Of a DNA stretch of 64,000 nt, positions 18,375 to 27,618 are shown piece after piece (positions within the stretch are counted from its first letter, which is position 1; every line of letters starts with the position of its first letter). The DNA comes from Candidatus Eiseniibacteriota bacterium (GTDB lineage: Bacteria; Eisenbacteria; RBG-16-71-46), in assembly GCA_963717505.1 (NCBI GenBank), contig OY970342.1:992001-1056000 (forward strand), read 5' to 3'. The notes beneath the pieces are model-generated. The model was not told the DNA's origin and made no database searches. It worked only from the letters and a program-made list of their open reading frames with translations. A program made the translations under genes and the position numbers.

Positions 18375-18893
18375 ATGCTCACCGGTAAGTACGCCACTCC
18401 CAACGAGCTGAGTGCGAGCAGCGAGCACTATCTGCGGGCCATCTGGGAGGTTCGGGGCCGGCAGGGCTACGCGCGAGTCGCGGACGTCGCGCGGGAGCTG
18501 GAGGTCACGCCACCTACTCTCTCGGTCGGGCTCAAACCGCTCGAGAGCCGCGGCCTGATCGCCCACGACGAGCGGCGATTCCTGCTGCTGACCGCCGAAG
18601 GCGAACGCGTCGCGCGCCAGGTCCACCATCGGTTTGCGGTCGTGCGGGCGTTCCTCGGCGACGTTCTTGGCGTACCCGAGGATCGAGCGTTGAACGAGGC
18701 GTGTCGCCTCGAGCATCACCTCAGCAGCGACACTGCGGAGCGGATTCTCGATCTCATCAAGCTACTGCGCGAGGACGACGAACTGCGCCAGTTCTTCCAG
18801 AGGCGTTTCGCCGAGTTCCACCGCTCCTGTCGGCCGTCGTCGGAGTGTTCGACGTGCGATCTTGCCTGCATGAGCGGGGCTACTCCCGCGTGA
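18375..18893 (+). CDS. DtxR/MntR-family metal-dependent repressor with C-terminal four-Cys tail
   Basis: SSEHYLRAI, ARVADVARELEV HTH, LTAEG, HHRF, EACRLEHHLS metal site; tail CRPSSECSTCDLAC; GGAGG RBS. Confidence 0.9.
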   Translation: MLTGKYATPNELSASSEHYLRAIWEVRGRQGYARVADVARELEVTPPTLSVGLKPLESRGLIAHDERRFLLLTAEGERVARQVHHRFAVVRAFLGDVLGVPEDRALNEACRLEHHLSSDTAERILDLIKLLREDDELRQFFQRRFAEFHRSCRPSSECSTCDLACMSGATPA

Positions 18894-19594
18894 TCCTCAC
18901 CCGCCGCGCGGCACTGGCGGCGGGTATCTCACTGACGGTCGTGGCGACCACCGCCGCGCACGACCTGCGTTATCACGTGTTCGCCGTCCAGCGGTCGCGC
19001 CCGGCGCTGGGGACCCTGTGTTCCGCGGTGGCCGAAGAGGCGGACTCGGTGGCGGCAGCCGCGGCTCTCGATCGGGCGCTCGACGCCGCGACCGACTTCG
19101 AATCACCGACCGGAACCGGGAAGAGCGGTGGTGCGGCGTGGTCGGCCGAGAGCCGGGGCCTGGCCCTCGACCGGGCCGCCGACAGCCTGAGGGCGCACCG
19201 CATGCACCGCGTCCTGCTCAACTTCGGCGGCGAGATCCTAGGGCTCGGCGACTGGACCGTGACGGTGGCGCACCCGCAGGATCGCACCCCCGTGTTTCGG
19301 GTGAGCGTCAGCGACGCCGCGGTGTCGACGTCGGATCCCTCCGAGCGAGGCGAGGGCGCGACCGCGTCTTTCGCCGGTTCGGTCACCGTGGTTGCGGGCA
19401 CTGCGACCCAGGCGGTCGCGCTCGCCACCGACCTCGTGGTCATGGGGCGCGACGATGCGCGCCGCTGGTCGAAGCGGCACCCCGACGTCGGCGTGTTGTG
19501 GGTCGAGCCCAACGGCAAGGGCCTCAAGGCCTGGAAATGGAATCTCGACCAAATCGAATCGCGGCCCGACGTCCGGGTCGCCTGGAATCGCTGA
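18890..19594 (+). CDS. Shortened ApbE-like (FAD:protein FMN transferase fold) exported protein
   Basis: GTGA overlap; ALGTLC, GLALDRAADSL, LLNFGGEI, W.V.VAHP, AVSTS, SVTVVA..A.QAVALAT.L.VMG; only 234 aa. Confidence 0.7.
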   Translation: MILTRRAALAAGISLTVVATTAAHDLRYHVFAVQRSRPALGTLCSAVAEEADSVAAAAALDRALDAATDFESPTGTGKSGGAAWSAESRGLALDRAADSLRAHRMHRVLLNFGGEILGLGDWTVTVAHPQDRTPVFRVSVSDAAVSTSDPSERGEGATASFAGSVTVVAGTATQAVALATDLVVMGRDDARRWSKRHPDVGVLWVEPNGKGLKAWKWNLDQIESRPDVRVAWNR

Positions 19595-19618
19595 CCCAAT
19601 CACCAAAGGAGGTCGACC

Positions 19619-20005
19619 ATGGACACTCGCATCCGGATTTTGCTTCCCGCTCTCGTCATCGTGGCCGCGATGATGGTCGCAACCCTGGGGTGCTCCAAAG
19701 ACGACTCAACGACGAATCCGCCGGTCGCGCGCGAGCTGGATTCGGGCAACTTCGGAGCCGGGCAGCGATACGTCCACACGTTTGCCAACCCCGGCAACTA
19801 CGGCTACCACTGCGAGCGTCATCCGGTCATGCGCAGCAGCATCACGGTCGCGGCCGGCGGGCTCGACTCGCTGATCGTTCTGATCCAGAACAGTTCGGCG
19901 AGCGGATTTCAGGCTCAGGCGGTCGGCGGCGTGACGACGGTGGCGCCGGGCGGGTATGTCAGCTGGCAGAATCAGGATCAGACTCACACGGTGACGAGCC
20001 ACTGA
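19619..20005 (+). CDS. Blue-copper (cupredoxin) lipoprotein, circularly permuted
   Basis: Lipobox TLG-C; DSG...HTF.NPG.Y.YHCERHPVM precedes V.PG..VSWQNQD.THTVTS; AAGGAGG RBS. Confidence 0.8.
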   Translation: MDTRIRILLPALVIVAAMMVATLGCSKDDSTTNPPVARELDSGNFGAGQRYVHTFANPGNYGYHCERHPVMRSSITVAAGGLDSLIVLIQNSSASGFQAQAVGGVTTVAPGGYVSWQNQDQTHTVTSH

Positions 20006-20131
20006 TCCTTCCGCTTCGGTTCGCCACAATCCGGGCTTGACGCGCCGCTGACTCGGCGTCGCCGGCGCGTCTGCACGGCGTGGCACCCCTGCCACACCCG
20101 CGGGCACGGAATGGGTTCCGGCTCCCGGCAT

Positions 20132-20156
20132 GGAACCCCGCAACTCATTGTGGTTG
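20132..20156 (+). promoter_or_regulatory. Possible ECF-sigma promoter
   Basis: GGAAC-16 nt-GTTG about 100 nt upstream of the gene at 20254. Confidence 0.3.
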
Positions 20157-20253
20157 AACTCCTCTCGCCCGTTCTCCTCCTGCTGGCATCGCGCCTGCAT
20201 TGGGACTCCAGCGAAGTCGCCGCCCTGGCATCGCTCGCAATGGGGAGGACGTC

Positions 20254-20700
20254 ATGCATCTGTCGACCAACATCCGCCGCATGACCGCGGCCGTGCTGCT
20301 CGGGTCCTTCGCGCTGAGCGCGATGGCGCCAGCGGCCGAAGCCGGACAACGCGGGCACGGTCGCAAATGGAAGCGCGTTCACACCGTGACTCACGTCCAT
20401 CACACCTCGGATTGCCACGACGGGCTGCCGGCGTTCGCCGGATTCGTCGGTGGGCTGATCGTCGGCGCCGCGGTCTCGAACGCGTACGCCGCGCCGCCAC
20501 CGCCGCCGCGGTACTTCTACTACGACCCTTACTGCAACGTCCGCTGGACGAGCATCGACGCCTGCACGCCGCACTTCCGCGCCTGCAGCCACCCGCGCAC
20601 CGTTCGCGTCGTGGACGTGCGAAGTGGACACAGCGTCGAGCGCTGGACCTGGTACCACGGCCGCTGGCACGACAGTCACGGTTACGATCACGACGACTGA
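20254..20700 (+). CDS. Small secreted His-rich protein with glycine-zipper-like segment and poly-Pro
   Basis: GGGGAGGA RBS; signal peptide to AEA; HVHH, GFVGGLIVGAAV, PPPPPR, HDSHGYDHDD. Confidence 0.7.
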   Translation: MHLSTNIRRMTAAVLLGSFALSAMAPAAEAGQRGHGRKWKRVHTVTHVHHTSDCHDGLPAFAGFVGGLIVGAAVSNAYAAPPPPPRYFYYDPYCNVRWTSIDACTPHFRACSHPRTVRVVDVRSGHSVERWTWYHGRWHDSHGYDHDD

Positions 20701-20869
20701 TCGATGTGTGAGCTCGTGAGGCGCACTCGGAGAAGGGGAGCGTCCAGAGCTGCGATAGCGGGCTCACCATCTGTACGACGGGCGGCGCGAAAGCGCCGCC
20801 CGTTCGTGTTTCGTGAACGAGCTTCGGAAGTTCGCACGATACTGAACTTTCGGAGCTCGGATGCCGAAC

Positions 20870-22336
20870 TCAGGCCGCCAGCATCTCCCCGGTCGAGATC
20901 GGCAGCTCCTCGGGCCGCATGACACGCGCCACTCGTTCCTCGCGCGGCATCGGCGTCCATAGCACCGGATCTTCGTCGGGGACGACATCGCCTCCCGGCA
21001 GAACGAGGACCCGGCAGTGCGGGCGGCGCAGATCGAAAACGTTCGGGCTCAGGGACAGCACGATGTGCCCGGAGTGCGTCTCGAGCAGTGACCCCGCGGG
21101 GAAGAGCCCGGTGGTGTGGACCAGTGCCCACAACACCGCCGGGTCGAACTGGACGCGATTCGGGCCCAGGAAGTACTGAAGCGCTTCGAACGCCGACGGT
21201 GGCCGCATCTGGTAGGCGCGGTGGGACGTCATCGCGTCGAAGCAATCGGCGACCGCCACGATGCGCGACAGGGTCGACTGGCCCCAGTCGTGGGCGACGT
21301 CCGGATAGCCGGTCTGGTCGAAGTTCATGTGGTGTTCGAACGCGACCCGAATGGTATCGAGCATCGAGTGCGACAGGCCGGGCATGCGAAGCAGCATGCC
21401 GACGCCCTCGACCGGATGGCGCCGGATCGAGTTCCACTCCTCGGGGGTCAGTTTGGCCGGCTTGCGCAGGATGTCGCCGGACACCGCCAGCTTGCCGATG
21501 TCGTGCAGCAGCCCGGCGACCCCGAGATTGGCCAGCGTCTGGCGCTCCATGCCCAGGACGTGGCCCATGCTGACCGAGAGCACGCTCACGTTCACGCAAT
21601 GGGCGTAGGTGTATTGGTCGTGGTCCTTGAGCGCGGTCATGCCGACGATCGAGAACTCGTTCTTGAGCACGTTGTCGACGATCGGCTGGACCAGCCGCTT
21701 GGCGTGACGCAGATCGGGCCGGCCGGATTGCCGCGCCTTGAGCACGATCTTCTTCGCGCCGAGCACCGCCCGCCAGAAGACCCGCTTGGCGCGGCCGCGC
21801 TCCGATGTCGGATCGTATGCGCCGAGCGCCTTCGGGTCCTCGTCCGTCAGGCTCTGCTCGCCCAGCGGCACGACGTGGTAGACGCTCGCCTCCTGCACGG
21901 CCTCGCTCAGCCGCGACGACAACGTCGGATCTTCGGCCGCCAGGAACAGCTGGAAGAAGCGCTCGAACTCGGCGGGGGTCACGCCCTGGACGATCTTGAT
22001 GCCGCCGAGGTTCCGGCGCTCGAACTCGCCGAGTAGTGCGTGGTAGATCGACAGGAATGACGGCGTCGCGCGCACGCGCACGCCGTTCAGATAGAAATAA
22101 TCCGAGGCGGCGGCGAGCGTGACGTCGTGTTCCTCTTCCAGCGCCTTGAGGACGACCTCCATGAATTCGCGCAGCTTGCGTTGGAATGCCTCGTTGGCGA
22201 CGTCGTGGGTGCGTGCCACCCGGATCAACGTGGTCAGGTGGATGACCAACGGCACGCCGACCGCGGCGAGGAACGCCTCGTGCGGGTCGTGGGCGGCGGC
22301 GGGCCGGGCCGAGGCGTCGTGGCCGGGTGCGTTCAT
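20870..22336 (-). CDS. HD-GYP domain phosphodiesterase (putative cyclic dinucleotide hydrolase)
   Basis: YTYAHCVNV, LLHDIGK, RHP, EHH...TGYP, VADCFDAMTSHRAY; ATGA overlap with the upstream gene. Confidence 0.9.
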   Translation of the reverse strand: MNAPGHDASARPAAAHDPHEAFLAAVGVPLVIHLTTLIRVARTHDVANEAFQRKLREFMEVVLKALEEEHDVTLAAASDYFYLNGVRVRATPSFLSIYHALLGEFERRNLGGIKIVQGVTPAEFERFFQLFLAAEDPTLSSRLSEAVQEASVYHVVPLGEQSLTDEDPKALGAYDPTSERGRAKRVFWRAVLGAKKIVLKARQSGRPDLRHAKRLVQPIVDNVLKNEFSIVGMTALKDHDQYTYAHCVNVSVLSVSMGHVLGMERQTLANLGVAGLLHDIGKLAVSGDILRKPAKLTPEEWNSIRRHPVEGVGMLLRMPGLSHSMLDTIRVAFEHHMNFDQTGYPDVAHDWGQSTLSRIVAVADCFDAMTSHRAYQMRPPSAFEALQYFLGPNRVQFDPAVLWALVHTTGLFPAGSLLETHSGHIVLSLSPNVFDLRRPHCRVLVLPGGDVVPDEDPVLWTPMPREERVARVMRPEELPISTGEMLAA

Positions 22337-24096
22337 TCGCTCGGCGCCCAACCCAGCAGCGCTTCCTCACAGGCGCGACGCACGGCACCGCGCTTGGAAT
22401 GCGTGCCGCGCTCGAGCGCGAGCATCGATTCCGTGGTTCCGATTCGCGCCAGACAGCGGGCGACCGCGGTTCGGTGATCCTCGTGCTGGAGGGAAAGCCA
22501 GTTACCACGCATCATCTCGTCTTCGAGTTCGGGAATCAGCTCGTCGCCGGCGGTCTGCGCGAGCGCCAGGTACGCTGCGCGCTTCTCGGGCGCCGGGCGG
22601 CGCTCGAAATCGTCGCGCCGGATGAACTCGAAGATCCGCCGCGCGGTCGCGGGCTCGCGCTCTCGCCCGAGCTGGTGGAGTACCGAACAAAACATGCGCG
22701 TGTCCGAACCTTCGAGCAGCTCGATCATGACGTGGCGGGTGAGGGAGAGCGGCGCGCGCATCAACGCGGCGACCACGGCGTAGCCGACCTGGGGATCCGG
22801 ATGGCGCGCCACGGTCTCGAGCAGGGGCACCGCTGCCTCGCTGCCGATCCCGCCCAGGATGTTCACGACGTTGCGCACGACGACCACGCGCGGATCCGCG
22901 AGCCACGGCGCCAGGCGCTCGGGGTTGTCGCGGCAGCGACGGGCGACCGCCTCCGAGAGCACCCGACGGGTGCGCCGGTAGCCGCTCTGTCCGATCACGG
23001 CGACCAGCAGGTCGACCTCGGTGTCCCCCAGAATGCGGGTGAAGCCGAGGAAGTCGCGAACGCCTTCGAGATCCTGGAGGTCGAGGCGCGACGCGATCTG
23101 CGTGACCGAGACCGGCTGCATCAGTTCCTGCAGGAAGACCTCGCGCGACCAGTTCGTTTCGCCGTATTCGACCAGCAGTCCCACGCAGGCGTTGGCCGCG
23201 CGCCAGTGACCTTGGTCGAGGGCTTCACGCAACACGCGCGGAAGGAAGCGGGCGAGATCACCGGTATCCACGGGAGGCGTACTGGCCGCGACGTAGGCCT
23301 GGACGATCGCGATCGCGGCGGTGGTCAGGGGAACGGCGTGCTCTGCCCGGTACTCTTCGTGCAGCCGCCAGATCTCGGTCGGCGCCAGACTTTCGATCTC
23401 GGCGAACCCGGCCTCGACTTCGACCGTGTATTCGGCGACCGCCCAGTCGTCGGAACGGATGCCTTCACCCTCGGCGCCGACTTCCTCCACGACCACGATC
23501 GATCCCGGCTGATCGGCCTCGACGGTCTGGACAGGCCACGGCATGGGATCCGGGTCGTCCGAGTCGTCCTCACCCCCGGAGCCGACCTCGCTCTCGGCCG
23601 GGACATAGTCCAGGTCGATGTGCTCGAGGTGCGCCTCCCACAACAGGGTCACCAGGTCGTGGTCCGCCGTGGCGATGGTGGACGCACGCGCGACCGCGCT
23701 CACCAGGTGGTCCACTTCGCTGCGCACGATGCCGGGTGACAGCGTCAACGAGCGGATTCCGTCCCGGTAGAACGGCATCGCCAGGTTGTCGTCGCGCGAG
23801 CGAGCGGCGTACATCGAGACGCCGTCGAACTGCACGTCGTCGGTCGAGAAGCGCAGCGTCAGCGGTCCGTGCTCCTCGGTCAGCCGGGCGAGGTTCTCCG
23901 CCAGGTCGTCGATGAACCGGATCAGCGTCGGGTTGTTGGCTTCGTACAGGCGATAGGTCTTGAGCGTGCGGACGAACTGCTGCACCCATCCCTTGGCCGA
24001 CCGCTGGGCCGCGGTTTCCGGGTCCCCGCCGGCGCCGGATGGCGCGGGCGGGGGATCGCTTCTGGAAAGGTCGGGGTTCCGGGTCGGAACCGACAT
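22333..24096 (-). CDS. HEAT-repeat protein cotranscribed with the HD-GYP gene
   Basis: C-terminal HEAT/PBS-like repeats (LADPRVVVVRNVVNILGGIG, HPDPQVGYAVVAAL, RTAVARCLARIG); acidic linker; alternative start 24108. Confidence 0.8.
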   Translation of the reverse strand: MSVPTRNPDLSRSDPPPAPSGAGGDPETAAQRSAKGWVQQFVRTLKTYRLYEANNPTLIRFIDDLAENLARLTEEHGPLTLRFSTDDVQFDGVSMYAARSRDDNLAMPFYRDGIRSLTLSPGIVRSEVDHLVSAVARASTIATADHDLVTLLWEAHLEHIDLDYVPAESEVGSGGEDDSDDPDPMPWPVQTVEADQPGSIVVVEEVGAEGEGIRSDDWAVAEYTVEVEAGFAEIESLAPTEIWRLHEEYRAEHAVPLTTAAIAIVQAYVAASTPPVDTGDLARFLPRVLREALDQGHWRAANACVGLLVEYGETNWSREVFLQELMQPVSVTQIASRLDLQDLEGVRDFLGFTRILGDTEVDLLVAVIGQSGYRRTRRVLSEAVARRCRDNPERLAPWLADPRVVVVRNVVNILGGIGSEAAVPLLETVARHPDPQVGYAVVAALMRAPLSLTRHVMIELLEGSDTRMFCSVLHQLGREREPATARRIFEFIRRDDFERRPAPEKRAAYLALAQTAGDELIPELEDEMMRGNWLSLQHEDHRTAVARCLARIGTTESMLALERGTHSKRGAVRRACEEALLGWAPSE

Positions 24097-24192
24097 GGCC
24101 TGCCCCATCCCTGGATGAGTGCGAAGTGCGAGGAACGAAAGGGGTTATCGGCCTCGGGCCGGGGGCCCTTGAGGTTCCGGCGAGGTTCCGGC

Positions 24193-24417
24193 CTACGGCG
24201 TCTGCTGATCTTCCTCCACCGCTCCCTGCATCCGCACGGCGCGCGACGCCGCCGAGTCCGACACGCTCAGCGCGCGGCCGACGACCGGAGCGCCCGGCAG
24301 CACCGACTTGGCGATCGCTTCATGCCGCTCGCGTTCCGTGAGCTGGCGCGGTTTCTCCTCGGCGGCACAGCCGCCGAGCAGGGCGAGCAGCAAGATCCAC
24401 GGGATGATGCTTCGCAC
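24193..24417 (-). CDS. Small lipoprotein
   Basis: AGGAGG RBS, GTG start, lipobox LGG-C, 74 aa. Confidence 0.7.
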   Translation of the reverse strand: MRSIIPWILLLALLGGCAAEEKPRQLTERERHEAIAKSVLPGAPVVGRALSVSDSAASRAVRMQGAVEEDQQTP

Positions 24418-24447
24418 GGGTTCCTCCTGGGCTGATACGCTGCGGCG

Positions 24448-26052
24448 ATGCGATACGGCGTTGCGTTCCTCGCTCTCGCCTGCGCGCTCGTACTGTTCAC
24501 GGGCCTGGGCGCGACCGGATTCCTCGACCACCGCGAGGCGCGAGATGCCCAGGTGGCGCGCGAATTGATCGCGTCGCGGGAGCTCCTGACCCCGGTTTTC
24601 GGCAGCGAACCGCTGTTCGAGAAGCCCGTTTTTGCGTACGTCCCGGACGCCGCCGCCCGGGGGTTCGCGGCCGATCCGGTCGTCGCCTCGCGCCTGGTTC
24701 GGGCCGTGGTCGCCGTGCTGCTGGTCGTGGTGACCGGTTCGATCGCGGCCGTTCATTTCGGAACGGTCGCCGGGTGGTGCGCAGCCACGGTGCTGGCCAC
24801 GACGTTGGCGCTGCCGCTGGCGGCACGCGCCGACGGCACCCAGCTGTTCGCGACGCTGTTCGCGTGGATCGGCGTGGCGATGTTGTGCGAGTCGTTGTTC
24901 GCTGGCCGGCCGGGTCGCGAGGTTCGTTTCACGCTCGGCTACGTGGCCTTGGCGCTGGCCCTGCTTCTCGGCGGGCCGCTGTCGATGTTGTGGCCATTCG
25001 GGGCGCTCGGACTGTTCGCGGTTCTAGAGCGGGGCCGGCGGCCGGCTCCGCTCCGACTCGGGTTGGGGCTCGCGCTCATCGCCGGACTCGCGTTGCCGTG
25101 GCACCTGGCCATGGCCGAACGCCATGGAACGGAGTTCCTGGCCCGCCTGATGTTCTTCCCGTACGCCGCCGATGCCCGTGGGCCGTGGTACGCCGGGCCC
25201 ATGTCGGTGCTCAGCTACCTGGTGGTCGGTCTGTTCCCGTGGAGCGCCCTGCTGCCGGCCGCGTTCACTCATGCGGCGACCGGCTGGCGCACCCGAAGCG
25301 CCGCGGCACCGGTGGCGATCACGCGCGAAGAGCGCGAGGAGCGCGCTGCGCACTTTTTCATCGCCTGCCTGGTGGCCACACTCGCCACGCTGCTCGTCTA
25401 CCCGCGTCCGCCGCTCGGCGCCATCCTGCCGGCAGCACCGGCCGCAGCACTCCTCTGCGGACGACTGCTCGCCCATGCGATCGAAGACGCGTCGCGGCTG
25501 TCGGCAGGCGTGGCTCGTGCGGCCGCCATGCTGGCCCTGCTCGGAACCATGACCGCGGTCCTGGTGATGCTGGTCGCATCGCGCTTGCACGACGTGGCGC
25601 CCGACCTGCGCCTGGTGGCCACCGTCGTGTTCGCGACCGCGTGGGCCCCGCTCCTCGCCAGCCTGCTGCGCCGGCCATTGTTGGCCGCGGCCTTGATGAC
25701 GCTTCCGGTGATGATCGGAACACCGGTGGTCGCGTGGCGTCTGCTGCCGGCGATGGAACCCTACTTGAGCGCGCGCGACGCCACCGACGTGCTCCTGGCC
25801 GCAGCGCCACCCCTGGCCCCGCTGATCCTGGTCGATCCGCCGACGCCGACCATGCGCCTGTACGGCGAGAACAACCTGGTGCAAGCGCGCGACACGAACC
25901 TGCTGGCGCCCGATCACGTGGCAACGGACGGTTGGACCTACCTCGCCTTTCGGCCGGCGCGTGAACGCGACGTGATCCGCGCGCTCGAAACACCGATCGA
26001 GATCCTGCATCGGACGCCGGCATTGGTGATCGCGCGGGCGCGGTCCGATTGA
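24448..26052 (+). CDS. ArnT/PMT-like (GT-C fold) membrane glycosyltransferase
   Basis: LD..EARDAQVARELI, PLFEKP, GLFPWS; many TM helices. Confidence 0.8.
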   Translation: MRYGVAFLALACALVLFTGLGATGFLDHREARDAQVARELIASRELLTPVFGSEPLFEKPVFAYVPDAAARGFAADPVVASRLVRAVVAVLLVVVTGSIAAVHFGTVAGWCAATVLATTLALPLAARADGTQLFATLFAWIGVAMLCESLFAGRPGREVRFTLGYVALALALLLGGPLSMLWPFGALGLFAVLERGRRPAPLRLGLGLALIAGLALPWHLAMAERHGTEFLARLMFFPYAADARGPWYAGPMSVLSYLVVGLFPWSALLPAAFTHAATGWRTRSAAAPVAITREEREERAAHFFIACLVATLATLLVYPRPPLGAILPAAPAAALLCGRLLAHAIEDASRLSAGVARAAAMLALLGTMTAVLVMLVASRLHDVAPDLRLVATVVFATAWAPLLASLLRRPLLAAALMTLPVMIGTPVVAWRLLPAMEPYLSARDATDVLLAAAPPLAPLILVDPPTPTMRLYGENNLVQARDTNLLAPDHVATDGWTYLAFRPARERDVIRALETPIEILHRTPALVIARARSD

Positions 26053-27410
26053 CCAAGAGGATTCTCTTCTGGTTCCGGAAGGACCTGCGGCTCGACGACA
26101 ACACCGGTTTGTGTGAGGCCAGCCGGGACGCCGCCGGCGACGTCGTCCCGTTCTACGCGAGCGAGCCCGCGATTCTCGAGCGCGACGATCTGGCGGCGGC
26201 GCGCGTCCGCTTTGCTCTCGATTCGATCGCCGACCTCGAGGACGCGGTGCGGCGCGCCGGATCGCGGCTAGTGCTCGACCACGGCCCGGCGGAGGAGACG
26301 GTCCTACGCGCCGCCCGCGCCGCGCGAGCCGATGCGGTCTATTGGAACGACGAGTACGAACCGTCACTGGTCGCACGCGACGCCAAGGTCGAGCACACCT
26401 TGCGCGCGACCGGCATCGGTGTGCGGCGCTTCCACGATCGTCTGCTGATGCCACCGGGTGCGGTGAGCACGGCCCAGGGTGGCCCGTTCGTCGTGTTCGC
26501 GGCGTTTCGCCGGGCGTGCGAGCGGCTGCCGTTCCCCGAGCCGCTGCCGGCGGTGGTACGGCTCGCCACCCACGACCTCGATTCTCCGTCGCTCGCGACA
26601 TTCGAGCGGCTCGGATTCGAGACCGCCGTCGAGCCATGGCCGGGCGGAGCGCGCGCGGCGCACCGGCGACTGCGGCGCTTTGTCGGAGGCACCGGGGATC
26701 CTCCGGGCGCCGGGCTAGCGCTCTACGCCTCGCACCGCGACGTCCCGGCGGCCGCAGCGACCTCTCGGCTGTCGGCGGACTTGAAGTTCGGCACTTTGTC
26801 GCCGCGTCAGGCCGCGCACAACGTGAACCAGGCAGCCGCGGCCGACCCCCGGCTCGCTGAAGCGGCCGCGAAATACCTCGCGGAGCTGCGGTGGCGTGAC
26901 TTCTTCGCTCATCTCTTGTTTCACTTTCCGCACTGCGAACGCGGGGCCTTCCGGCGCGAATACGACGCCCTGGCGTGGGACGACGATCCGGTGCTGATTG
27001 CCGCCTGGCTGGCGGGTCGGACCGGCTATCCGATCGTCGATGCCGGAATGCGCGAATTGATCGCGACCGGCTTCATGCACAACCGAGTGCGCATGGTCGT
27101 GGCGTCGTTCCTGACCAAGGACCTGCTCGTCGACTGGCGGATCGGCGAACGGCACTTCATGCGCCACCTGATCGACGGGGATCTCGCCAGCAACAACGGT
27201 GGCTGGCAATGGTCGGCCTCGACCGGGAGCGACGCCCAACCGTACTTCCGCGTGTTCAATCCGATGCTCCAGGGCAGGAAGTTCGACCCCGACGGCCATT
27301 ACGTGCGCCGGTGGATTCCCGAGCTCGACACGGACTATCCACCCCCGATCGTCGACCACGCCGAACGCCGACTGGAAGCAATCGCGCGGTACCGGGCGGT
27401 TCAAGCCTAA
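26049..27410 (+). CDS. phrB: Deoxyribodipyrimidine photolyase
   Basis: WFRKDLRLDDN, TSRLSADLKFG, ELRWRDF, GRTGYPIVDAGMREL..TGFMHNRVRM, NNGGWQW, FDPDG.YVRRWIPEL. Confidence 0.93.
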   Translation: MTKRILFWFRKDLRLDDNTGLCEASRDAAGDVVPFYASEPAILERDDLAAARVRFALDSIADLEDAVRRAGSRLVLDHGPAEETVLRAARAARADAVYWNDEYEPSLVARDAKVEHTLRATGIGVRRFHDRLLMPPGAVSTAQGGPFVVFAAFRRACERLPFPEPLPAVVRLATHDLDSPSLATFERLGFETAVEPWPGGARAAHRRLRRFVGGTGDPPGAGLALYASHRDVPAAAATSRLSADLKFGTLSPRQAAHNVNQAAAADPRLAEAAAKYLAELRWRDFFAHLLFHFPHCERGAFRREYDALAWDDDPVLIAAWLAGRTGYPIVDAGMRELIATGFMHNRVRMVVASFLTKDLLVDWRIGERHFMRHLIDGDLASNNGGWQWSASTGSDAQPYFRVFNPMLQGRKFDPDGHYVRRWIPELDTDYPPPIVDHAERRLEAIARYRAVQA

Positions 27411-27618
27411 GTCTCGAGCAGCTCAACCTGTCTACCGAACCCATCGATCGACAACCTCGTGAGCGCATCGCGCGCGCGCCTGGCCTCGCGATGGTGTCCC
27501 ACAACCGGCGACGCCACGATCGGTTGCAGGCGCAGGCGGCGCTCCCTTGGCGATGCGCACGGATTCTTCCAGCAAGCCTCCTGCCTGCGCCCCCGGGGCG
27601 CGAGGGGAGGTGAAACGC

